Of a stretch of DNA of 64,000 bases, positions 8,705 to 17,048 are shown piece by piece. The notes under the pieces were generated by a model. That model searched no databases, had not been told where the DNA came from, and worked only from the letters and a program-made list of their open reading frames with translations. Source of the DNA: an uncultured Clostridia bacterium (GTDB taxonomy: Bacteria > Bacillota > Clostridia > TANB77 > CAG-508); NCBI GenBank assembly GCA_934169725.1, contig CAKPOF010000004.1:72245-136244 (forward strand). The letters are read 5' to 3'. The translations under genes and the position numbers were made by a program. How positions within the stretch are numbered: position 1 is the first letter of the stretch; the number at the start of each line of letters is the position of its first letter.

Positions 8705-9337
8705 CTAAGAAACAAAAAATTTTATTCCTGTTTCAATAGCATTTTTCTTTATTAAAGTTTTACCATATTCAGTAATCTTATTCTTAAAAGTATCAGAATG
8801 AGAAACTAGAGTTGCAAAATCAGATATTAAAGAATAAAAATTATTAATAGATGTATGGTTAGTCTTTATGCCAGATAATATGATGTAATATGTATCATTA
8901 TATATTGATAAAGATATATTTTTTGCTAACTTTTTTAGATTAATTTTTTCTACTGAATTTATACAAACACAAAAATCACAAAATTCTTCAAAAGTAGAAA
9001 ACTTATAAATAGAAGTAGAACTCTTTTTATTTAATTGTACAGACTTCTTTTTGGGAACTACCTTTTGTTTATGAGTTGTGTTTGGTTTTTTTTCAACATA
9101 TTTAGTAATTGTAAAAACAAAAGAACCGTCAGAAGAAGAAAAAGCTTCTACAAGAAGTTTACATCCGTCAGTATTAAAACCAACTTCTTTTTCGGCACGT
9201 ATAAGCATTTCTAAAAATAATTTTTGGGATTCAATTGGTTTTTCCATAATTGATTTGTAATCTACATTGTTTTGTTTTAAATCCTCTGAATTTATTATAA
9301 CTCTAATTTTATTTTCAGTAAGTTTTTCAATTTTCAT
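8705..9337 (-). CDS. mecA: Adaptor protein MecA (ClpC adaptor)
   Basis: 210 aa from the Met preceded by AAGGAGGA. MKIEKLTENKIRVIIN.. at the N-terminus and ..YGKTLIKKNAIETGIKFF at the C-terminus parallel B. subtilis MecA. The 34 extra codons of the listed ORF lack an RBS. Confidence 0.8.
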   Translation of the reverse strand: MKIEKLTENKIRVIINSEDLKQNNVDYKSIMEKPIESQKLFLEMLIRAEKEVGFNTDGCKLLVEAFSSSDGSFVFTITKYVEKKPNTTHKQKVVPKKKSVQLNKKSSTSIYKFSTFEEFCDFCVCINSVEKINLKKLAKNISLSIYNDTYYIILSGIKTNHTSINNFYSLISDFATLVSHSDTFKNKITEYGKTLIKKNAIETGIKFFVS

Positions 9338-9476
9338 ATATAAGAAATCCTCCTTAAAATCTACTAAGTATATTATACTACTAATAATATTATATTTAAA
9401 TACATAATTTTTGGTAATAAATTTTAAAATATTAATCAATATAACACATAAATATCAAAAAAGTAAAGGTTTTTAC

Positions 9477-9505
9477 TTGAAAAAAATGTTAAATCAAGAT
9501 ATAAT
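9477..9505 (+). promoter_or_regulatory. Candidate sigma-A promoter for the DUF4321-radC-mre cluster
   Basis: TTGAAA (9477-9482), a 17-nt spacer, then TATAAT (9500-9505). Confidence 0.45.
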
Positions 9506-9565
9506 AGCAATATGTGAAAAAATAAATAGCCGTAAGAGGTAAAGGCTAATATGGAGGTATAAAAA

Positions 9566-9823
9566 ATGGCAACTAAAGATAAAAATATATGGATATTATT
9601 AGTATTTATTTTATCAGGATTAGTAGTAGGAGGGTTACTAGGAGAAATTGCAGCAAAGGTTGACTGGCTATGGTGGCTTTCATATAGTCAAACATTTGGA
9701 CTAGCTGATCCAATTATTTTGGACTTAAGTGTAGTAAAAATAACATTTGCATTAATGTTTAAAATAAGTGTTTCAAGTATAATAGGCTTACTATTAGCAG
9801 TATTTGTATATAAGAAAATATAA
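9566..9823 (+). CDS. Small membrane protein, DUF4321-like
   Basis: 85 aa with two hydrophobic segments. Its position directly upstream of radC-mreB is typical of DUF4321 genes in Clostridia. Confidence 0.6.
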   Translation: MATKDKNIWILLVFILSGLVVGGLLGEIAAKVDWLWWLSYSQTFGLADPIILDLSVVKITFALMFKISVSSIIGLLLAVFVYKKI

Positions 9824-9882
9824 TAAAAATAGGGGGCAAAATATAATAATTTAAGTCAATAAAAATAGAAAGGATTGATATT

Positions 9883-10590
9883 TTGTCTATAAAAATAAAA
9901 CAATTACCTGAAATAGAAAGACCATATGAAAAAATGGAACTTTATGGTGAGAAAGCATTATCAAATGCTGAATTATTAGCAATAATTATAAAAACTGGAA
10001 CAAAAGAAGAGTCATCTGTAATACTTGCTCAAAAAATACTTAATTTAAATCACAATCAAAATAACAGATTAGATTTTTTAAGAGAGCTTACAATAGATGA
10101 ATTAATGAAAATAAAAGGAATAGGAAAGATAAAAGCAATACAGCTAAAAGCAGTATGTGAATTATCTAAAAGGATGGTAACACCAGTAGATTATAGAAAA
10201 GTCAAGGTGAAGAAACCAGATGATATAGTAGAATTGCTAATGGAAGACTTAAGACAAGAAAAACAGGAAATAGTTAAATTAATAATTTTAAATACGAAAA
10301 ATGAAATAACAAAAATGAAAAATATAGCTTTAGGAGGAACTAATTTTGTAAATATATCTATAAAAGATATATTGGCTGAACCAATAAAAATGCAAGCACC
10401 CAAAATAATATTGGTACATAATCATCCTAGTGGAGATTCAAAGCCAAGTAATGCTGATATAGATATAACAAAAAAAGTTTTTAATATTGCAAAAATGTTT
10501 GATATAGAATTATTAGATCATATTGTTCTTGGAAATATGAATTTTTCAAGTATAATTTCAGAAATAATAACTAAAGATGGAGAAATATAA
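9883..10590 (+). CDS. radC: RadC-like JAB-domain protein
   Basis: 235 aa with a TTG start. N-terminal IKQLPEIERPYEK and the JAMM motif HNHPSGDSKPSNADI. Confidence 0.9.
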   Translation: MSIKIKQLPEIERPYEKMELYGEKALSNAELLAIIIKTGTKEESSVILAQKILNLNHNQNNRLDFLRELTIDELMKIKGIGKIKAIQLKAVCELSKRMVTPVDYRKVKVKKPDDIVELLMEDLRQEKQEIVKLIILNTKNEITKMKNIALGGTNFVNISIKDILAEPIKMQAPKIILVHNHPSGDSKPSNADIDITKKVFNIAKMFDIELLDHIVLGNMNFSSIISEIITKDGEI

Positions 10591-10615
10591 ATAAATTGAA
10601 AGGAATACATAAATT

Positions 10616-11647
10616 ATGAAATTTTTTACATTTGGATCAAAAGATATTGGTATAGATTTAGGAACAGCAAATATCTTAGTAACATTAAAAGGAAAAGGAA
10701 TTATTTTAAAAGAACCATCAGTAGTAGCAATAGATAGAAAAACAGGAAATATATTAGCTACAGGAACAGAAGCAAAAGAAATGTTAGGGAGAACACCAGA
10801 TCAAATAAAAGCAGTAAGACCATTAAAAGATGGAGTTATTGCAGATTTTACAGCAACACAGCTAATGTTAAAAAATATAATAGGAAAAGTTGGAAGTAGA
10901 TATAATATAGGAAGACCAAGAGTTGTAGTAGGTGTACCATCAGGAATAACAGAGGTAGAAGAAAGAGCAGTAGAAGAATCAGTTATTCAAGCAGGAGCAA
11001 AAGAAGTATATTTAATAGAAGAACCAATGGCTGCAGCAATAGGAGCTTCACTTGATGTTGGTGAACCAAGCGGAAATATTATTGTAGATATAGGTGGAGG
11101 AACAACTGAGGTTGCAGTAATATCTCTTGGAGGAATAGTAGTCAGCCATTCTTTACGAGTAGCTGGTGATGAACTAGATGATGATATAGTAAATTTTGTA
11201 AAAAGAGAAGAAAATTTAGCTATAGGAGAGACAACGGGAGAACAAATAAAAATGCAAATAGGATGTGCAATGCCTTTAATGACAGAAATGACAATGGAAG
11301 TAAGAGGTAGAGATTTAACAGATGGATTACCAAGAAATGTGACAGTAACATCTACTCAAATAGAAGAAGCAATGAAAGAATCAATAGCAAAAATAGTAGA
11401 AATCGTAAAAGTAACATTGGAAAAAACACCACCAGAATTAGCATCTGATATTATGGAAAAAGGTATAGTGTTAGCAGGTGGAGGAGCACTTATAAAAAAT
11501 CTAGATAAATTGTTAAGCATTGAAACTGGAATGCCTGTATATATAGCTGAAGAGCCATTAGATTGTGTTGTTAGAGGAACTGGTAAAACATTAGAAGATT
11601 TAGAAAGATTAAAAACAGTTTTAATTAATGCAAGAAGAAAAAAATAA
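10616..11647 (+). CDS. mreB: Rod shape-determining protein MreB
   Basis: 343 aa with actin-like motifs DLGTANI, VDIGGGTTEVAV and LAGGGALI. Confidence 0.96.
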   Translation: MKFFTFGSKDIGIDLGTANILVTLKGKGIILKEPSVVAIDRKTGNILATGTEAKEMLGRTPDQIKAVRPLKDGVIADFTATQLMLKNIIGKVGSRYNIGRPRVVVGVPSGITEVEERAVEESVIQAGAKEVYLIEEPMAAAIGASLDVGEPSGNIIVDIGGGTTEVAVISLGGIVVSHSLRVAGDELDDDIVNFVKREENLAIGETTGEQIKMQIGCAMPLMTEMTMEVRGRDLTDGLPRNVTVTSTQIEEAMKESIAKIVEIVKVTLEKTPPELASDIMEKGIVLAGGGALIKNLDKLLSIETGMPVYIAEEPLDCVVRGTGKTLEDLERLKTVLINARRKK

Positions 11648-11664
11648 AGAAGTAGGAGTAGAAA

Positions 11665-12480
11665 ATGTATAAAAATAAAAGAGCTGAAATAGCGGGAATT
11701 GTTATAACTATACTTATTTTAATATTAATAGTGGTATTTTCAAATTCAGATAGTGAAATATCATTTTTTGAAAATGCAGCAAGTAAATTAGTAATGCCGG
11801 TGCAAAATGGACTAACATATTTAAAAAATAAAGTTAGTGGAAATAGTACATTTTTTACAGATATAAGTAATTTGAAATCAGAAAATGAAGAATTAACAAA
11901 AAAGAATAGTGAATTAGAACAATCATTAAGAGAATTAGAAAATATAAAATCAGAAAATGAAACACTAAAAGAATATTTAGGACTAACTGAAAAATATGGA
12001 GAATATAAAACAATTCCAGCATATATAATAAACAAAGATATTAGTAATTACTCTAAAACTGTTGTAATTAATGTTGGAAGTGATGATGGAATTAAAGAAA
12101 ATATGACTGTAATTGCAGATCAAGGACTAGTTGGACATGTTATATCAGTAACAAAAAATACAGCAAAGGTAAGAACAATTATTGATACATCAAGTTCTGT
12201 AAGTTGTTCATTAAGTACAACAGAAGAAAGTATTGTATGTAAAGGAACATTAGAAGAAGGTTCAGCACTAAAAGCAATGTATATACCAGATGAGGATGGA
12301 ATTATTCAAGGTGATAGTGTAGAAACATCTGGATTAGGTGGAATATTTCCTAAAGGTGTACATGTTGGAAGCATAAAAAAAGTAGTAAATACAAAAAATG
12401 CAACAGATAGATATGCAATTGTTGAAACAGCTGTTAATTTTGATAAATTAGATACAGTATTAGTTATTACAAATCAATAA
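11665..12480 (+). CDS. mreC: Rod shape-determining protein MreC
   Basis: 271 aa with an N-terminal TM, a coiled coil (ENEELTKKNSELEQSLRELE), and GLVGHVISV..GGIFPKG. Confidence 0.9.
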   Translation: MYKNKRAEIAGIVITILILILIVVFSNSDSEISFFENAASKLVMPVQNGLTYLKNKVSGNSTFFTDISNLKSENEELTKKNSELEQSLRELENIKSENETLKEYLGLTEKYGEYKTIPAYIINKDISNYSKTVVINVGSDDGIKENMTVIADQGLVGHVISVTKNTAKVRTIIDTSSSVSCSLSTTEESIVCKGTLEEGSALKAMYIPDEDGIIQGDSVETSGLGGIFPKGVHVGSIKKVVNTKNATDRYAIVETAVNFDKLDTVLVITNQ

Positions 12481-12499
12481 ATAAAGAGGTGAAAAATAA

Positions 12500-13033
12500 T
12501 TGAAAAAAGTAACAATAAATATATTTTTAATAATAGCTACATTTATTATATATTTTTTACAATCTAATTTTTTTAATTGGTTTACCATCTCTGGAGTTAT
12601 GCCAAGTTTATTTGTAATATTTATATTATTTATAGGATTATTTTCAAATAGGATAACAGGAATAATATATGGAATAGTTATTGGAGCTATACTAGATTTA
12701 GTTATTGGAACAAAGGTAGGAATATATGCTTCAGGACTAGGGATTATTGGTTTTTTATCATCTACATTTGATAAAAATTTTTCAAAAGATAGTAGAGCAA
12801 CAATTATGTTTATGGTGTTAGGAGCTACTTTAATATTTGAAGTAATCAATTATGTTTTAAATTATATGCTAAATGGAATGAGTACAGAATTAATAAATTT
12901 TATAAAAATACTTGCAATAGAAACAATATATAATTTAATTATCGTAATAATATTGTATCCTATGATACAAAAATTCGGGTATGGAATTGAAAATGTGTAT
13001 AAAGGAAATAGAATTTTAACAAGATATTTTTAA
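12500..13033 (+). CDS. mreD: Rod shape-determining protein MreD
   Basis: 177 aa, polytopic and hydrophobic, with a TTG start after GAGGTGA, immediately after mreC. Confidence 0.75.
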   Translation: MKKVTINIFLIIATFIIYFLQSNFFNWFTISGVMPSLFVIFILFIGLFSNRITGIIYGIVIGAILDLVIGTKVGIYASGLGIIGFLSSTFDKNFSKDSRATIMFMVLGATLIFEVINYVLNYMLNGMSTELINFIKILAIETIYNLIIVIILYPMIQKFGYGIENVYKGNRILTRYF

Positions 13034-13097
13034 AATTAAAAAATGAAAGATTTATAAACAAGTAATAAATAGAGTAAAAAACAAGGAAGGTGAAGCT

Positions 13098-15230
13098 TTG
13101 AAGGGATTAAGTTTTAAAAGAAGAAAAAGTCAAAGCAGAAGTAACTTAAACTTAAGATATAATGTTTTAACCGTAATTACATATGTTGTAGGAATTGTGT
13201 TAATTATTCAATTATTTAATTTGCAAATAATACATGGTGCAGAATATAGGGAAGAATCAAATACAAGACTTACAAGAGAAAGTACATTAGAAGCTTCAAG
13301 AGGACAAATTCTTGATAGAACAGGTACAGCATTAGTAAAAAGTTCCACTAAATTTAGTTTAGAGTTATATAAAACAAAAATTGATAACAATGAATTGAAT
13401 GATTCAATTTTAAATATAGTAAATTTATTAGAAAAATATGAAGTTAATTATAATGACACATTTCCAATAAATACAAATCCATTTGAATATACAATAAGTG
13501 ATGAATCACTTGCTAAATGGAAAAAAACATACAATATAGATGAAAATGCGTCAGCAGAAGAAGCTTTTTATAAATTTAAAGATAAATATAATATAGAAAA
13601 TACAGATATAAAAGAAATAAGAAAAATAATAGCGATAAGATATAAAATAACAACAACAGGATATAGTAGTACAAAAGCTTTAAAAATTGCTGAAGATATT
13701 CCAAGAGAAGCAGTTGCTGAATTTTCAGAAAGTAGTGATAAATTTCCAGGTATTAATATTGTGACAGAACCTGTAAGAGAATATACTTCTGGAACACTTG
13801 CATCACATATTTTAGGATATGCTTCTAAAATAAGTTCAGAAGAATATGAAAAGAAAAAAGATACATATGAACAAAATGATATTATAGGAAAATCAGGAAT
13901 AGAATATGTATTTGAAGATTATTTAAAAGGTAAAAATGGAACTAAACAAATAGATATGGCGGTGGATGGAACAATAACATCTGAATATACATCAAAAGAA
14001 GCTGTTGCTGGAGATGATGTTGTATTAACAATAGATTCGAATTTGCAAAAAATAACAGAACAAGCCTTAGAATCAAACATAAAAAAAATAGCATCAGGAG
14101 GTTTTGGAAAAACATATAATGCAAAAGCAGGTAGCTGTGTTGTAATGAATGTAAAAACAGGTGAAGTATTAGCCATGGCTAGTTATCCAAATTATGACCC
14201 ATCAGATTTTGTTGGAGGAATAAGTAATGAAAACTGGAATAAGTACAATACAGATGAAGCTAAACCATTGATGAATAAAGCTGTACAAAATTCATACCCA
14301 CCTGGTTCAGTATTTAAAATGGTCACAGCAATTGCTGGTTTACAATCAGGAGCTATTACTAAAACAGAAATGATAAACGATACTGGTGTATATAAAAAAT
14401 ATAATTTGACATGGCCATGTTGGTATTATACAGATTTTCATAGAGGACATGGATTATTAAATGTTTCAGGAGCAATAGAAAAATCATGTAACTACTTCTT
14501 TTATGAAACAGGAGATAGAATGGGAATTGAAACTTTAGCAAAATATGCAAGATATTTTGGATTAGGAGTAAAAACAGGAATACAATTACCAAGTGAAACA
14601 GCAGGAGCAATGGCAACACCAGAATATGCAAAAAGTGTTGGTGTTACATGGACAAAAGGACAAACAATAAATGCATCAATAGGACAAGGGCTAGATACAT
14701 TTAGTCCATTGCAAATGGCGAAATATGTAAGTATGTTAGCTAATGGAGGAAATAATATAGATGTTAGTATAGTAAAAAGTATAATAAAATCAGATGGAAC
14801 AGAATGTTCTACAGATGAAATTAACAAATATGTTAATCAGAAATTAGGTAATCAGGAGCAAGAACAGGAAAATCTAGAAATAGATAAATCAAATTTAAAC
14901 GCAATTTTACAAGGTATGAAATCTGTTACAAGTGATACAACAGGAACAGCATATGTTAGATTTAAAGATTTTGGAATAGAAGTTGGAGGAAAAACAGGTT
15001 CTGCAGAAGCAAGAGACGATAATGGAAAAGAAGTTGTACATGCTTGGTTCGCAGGTTTTGCACCATTTGATGATCCTGAAATAGCAATTGTTGTAATGGT
15101 AGAAAATGGTGGACATGGAAATTATACAGCTGAAGTTGTTAGAGATATAATGGGTGAATATTTTGGAATGAATACACAAGATGTTCAAGAAAACATGGAT
15201 GCTATAGACTATAGCCAGTCTTTAAGATAA
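13098..15230 (+). CDS. mrdA: Penicillin-binding protein 2 (class B transpeptidase, elongation-type)
   Basis: 710 aa with SVFK (SxxK), SCN (SxN) and KTGS (KTG) motifs. It lies after mreD. Confidence 0.88.
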   Translation: MKGLSFKRRKSQSRSNLNLRYNVLTVITYVVGIVLIIQLFNLQIIHGAEYREESNTRLTRESTLEASRGQILDRTGTALVKSSTKFSLELYKTKIDNNELNDSILNIVNLLEKYEVNYNDTFPINTNPFEYTISDESLAKWKKTYNIDENASAEEAFYKFKDKYNIENTDIKEIRKIIAIRYKITTTGYSSTKALKIAEDIPREAVAEFSESSDKFPGINIVTEPVREYTSGTLASHILGYASKISSEEYEKKKDTYEQNDIIGKSGIEYVFEDYLKGKNGTKQIDMAVDGTITSEYTSKEAVAGDDVVLTIDSNLQKITEQALESNIKKIASGGFGKTYNAKAGSCVVMNVKTGEVLAMASYPNYDPSDFVGGISNENWNKYNTDEAKPLMNKAVQNSYPPGSVFKMVTAIAGLQSGAITKTEMINDTGVYKKYNLTWPCWYYTDFHRGHGLLNVSGAIEKSCNYFFYETGDRMGIETLAKYARYFGLGVKTGIQLPSETAGAMATPEYAKSVGVTWTKGQTINASIGQGLDTFSPLQMAKYVSMLANGGNNIDVSIVKSIIKSDGTECSTDEINKYVNQKLGNQEQEQENLEIDKSNLNAILQGMKSVTSDTTGTAYVRFKDFGIEVGGKTGSAEARDDNGKEVVHAWFAGFAPFDDPEIAIVVMVENGGHGNYTAEVVRDIMGEYFGMNTQDVQENMDAIDYSQSLR

Positions 15231-15245
15231 AGAAAGGATGTAAAA

Positions 15246-15857
15246 ATGAAAAATTGTGTAAGTATTAATTTAAAGAAAAATGAAATTTTAATAAAAATAA
15301 GTGATGATGCTGAACAAAAAGAAATTATTAATAACTTAAATAAAAAATTACCAGAATTAAAAAAAATGTATAAAAATGAAAAAACACCTATTACAGTTAG
15401 TGGCAAAATATTAAAAAATAAAGAAATAGATGAAATTCAAGAACTAATAAAAAGCAAAATAGATGTTGAAATAGAATTTGATATGCCTAAAACATTGGGA
15501 CTATCTAGTATAAAGCGTACATTTAATAAAGAAATAGCTATATCTGAAACTAAATTTCATAGAGGTTCATTAAGGTCTGGACAAAGAATGGAAACAGAAG
15601 GAAGTTTAGTTATATTAGGAGATGTAAATTCTGGCGCAGAAGTGATGGCTTCAGATAACATAGTGGTTTTAGGAGCTTTAAGAGGACTTGCACATGCAGG
15701 AGCAAAAGGTAATAAACAAGCTATAATTTCAGCAGGGCTGTTAGATACAGTACAAATAAGAATAGCAAATGTTGTAAAAGAAATAGATAGAGACGAAGAA
15801 CCATTACACAAACAAGCATATGTAAGTATAATAGAAGATAATATTGTAATAGAATAG
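15246..15857 (+). CDS. minC: Septum site-determining protein MinC
   Basis: 203 aa. The C-terminal beta-helix repeat GDVNSGAEVMASDNIVVLGALRGLAHAGAKGN is typical of MinC. Confidence 0.85.
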   Translation: MKNCVSINLKKNEILIKISDDAEQKEIINNLNKKLPELKKMYKNEKTPITVSGKILKNKEIDEIQELIKSKIDVEIEFDMPKTLGLSSIKRTFNKEIAISETKFHRGSLRSGQRMETEGSLVILGDVNSGAEVMASDNIVVLGALRGLAHAGAKGNKQAIISAGLLDTVQIRIANVVKEIDRDEEPLHKQAYVSIIEDNIVIE

Positions 15858-15859
15858 GC

Positions 15860-16213
15860 TTATGAAATAAGTAAAAGTAACAATAATATAAATAACATAT
15901 CATCTTTAACATTTTCTTTATATAAAATAAATAAAATAGATAAGATTATTAAATCGTCTAAATATAGTTTAAATCCTAAAATATCTAATAAAGGTTCTTC
16001 TTTATTAGATAAAGCGTCAAGATTAAGGAGAAAAGGACCAAGGTAACTATATTTAGATGATTCTTTTTTTTCTATAGAAGGCTCTATATTAATATCATTT
16101 TCTATTTTTGGAGCAGTATCTGGATGTGTTTTTTTATTATAACTAATTGGTCTAGAATAGTTTGGTGGAATTCTATAAAAAGGAAATCCATATTTAGAAA
16201 AATTATTTATCAC
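15860..16213 (-). CDS. Hypothetical 117-aa protein with a C-terminal hydrophobic tail
   Basis: Its ATG overlaps the stop of the upstream gene (ATGA at 16210-16213). The C-terminus DDLIILSILFILYKENVKDDMLFILLLLLLIS looks like a membrane hairpin. Confidence 0.5.
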   Translation of the reverse strand: MINNFSKYGFPFYRIPPNYSRPISYNKKTHPDTAPKIENDINIEPSIEKKESSKYSYLGPFLLNLDALSNKEEPLLDILGFKLYLDDLIILSILFILYKENVKDDMLFILLLLLLIS

Positions 16214-16683
16214 TTTGTTTTCTCTCCATTATTATTGTTTTGATTAAATAATTCCATAAGGTTAGTCATATTAAGAATCTTAGAATATTGATCAAGTTTA
16301 TCTTTTTTTTCATTTCTTAAGTAAGGCTTTAAAGATTGAAGTAAATTTGATCTTGGATCAGAAGAATTATTCATTTTTTCAATTATGTTTTTCATTTTCA
16401 TCATAGTATTAATATCGATGTTGTTAAAGTCAAAATTAGATGAATTAGTACGGGAATCAGAATTAGAAGTACTAGATGAGGTACTATTATTGTTAGACTC
16501 TTGACTAGAAGCATTAGGGGGAGTTGGCGTTGAAGCATTATTGGAGTTCATCATGTTAGAAAAATTTTTAAGAGCATCTGGTGGAATTTGAGAAATCATA
16601 TCATTTAAATTTCCATTGTTAAGCATGGAATTTAGTTTATCCATAGTATTTTTATCAATATTAAAATCATTCAAAAAAATCAC
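16210..16683 (-). CDS. Hypothetical 157-aa protein with an N/S-rich centre and duplicated NID.NTM helices
   Basis: RBS AAAGAGGTGA lies upstream. An N-terminal FNIDKNTMDKLNSML and a later FNNIDINTMMKMKNIIEKM flank an Asn/Ser/Thr-rich low-complexity linker. Confidence 0.55.
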   Translation of the reverse strand: MIFLNDFNIDKNTMDKLNSMLNNGNLNDMISQIPPDALKNFSNMMNSNNASTPTPPNASSQESNNNSTSSSTSNSDSRTNSSNFDFNNIDINTMMKMKNIIEKMNNSSDPRSNLLQSLKPYLRNEKKDKLDQYSKILNMTNLMELFNQNNNNGEKTK

Positions 16684-16717
16684 CTCTTTTAAATATATAT
16701 TCTAAAAATAAAAATCT

Positions 16718-16855
16718 ATGTAATATTATATGTAATAAAAAAATGATATGTAACCAAAAGATAAAAAAATTAGGGATAGAATATAATTAGAGAAAAAGTG
16801 AGAAAATTTTGTAATGAAAATGTAATATAATTATAAAATGTAACTGAAATGTAAT
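16718..16855 (+). promoter_or_regulatory. Array of seven (A/T)TGTAAY boxes upstream of the first giant-protein operon
   Basis: Boxes start at 16718, 16730, 16748, 16809, 16820, 16838 and 16849, all on the same strand. Two pairs are spaced 11 bp apart. Confidence 0.45.
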
Positions 16856-16942
16856 TAACGCAAAATAGATATACATAAAAATAAAAAAGTAAACTAGGTC
16901 AAATAAAATATTAAAAAAATATCAAAAAAAATGCGAAAAAGG

Positions 16943-16971
16943 TTGAAAAATCAATAAAAAGAAGATATAAT
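16943..16971 (+). promoter_or_regulatory. Candidate sigma-A promoter of the A-B surface-protein operon
   Basis: TTGAAA (16943-16948), a 17-nt spacer, then TATAAT (16966-16971). Confidence 0.5.
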
Positions 16972-17048
16972 AAATTATAGGTATAATTATAAAATTATAA
17001 TGCTGAATTGTGATTAAGAGCAAAAAAAGTTTCGGAGGAGGTACCAAT

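Noticed and set aside
17010-17048. The listed GTG start at 17010 for giant protein A. Similar upstream alternative starts are listed at 26296, 41499, 42743, 60287, 62375, 9439, 45611 and 4324.
   Set aside because: In each case a downstream ATG, or TTG for rpoB, has a properly spaced Shine-Dalgarno sequence and gives the expected N-terminus (signal peptide or family-typical start). The upstream codon overlaps the RBS or promoter itself.
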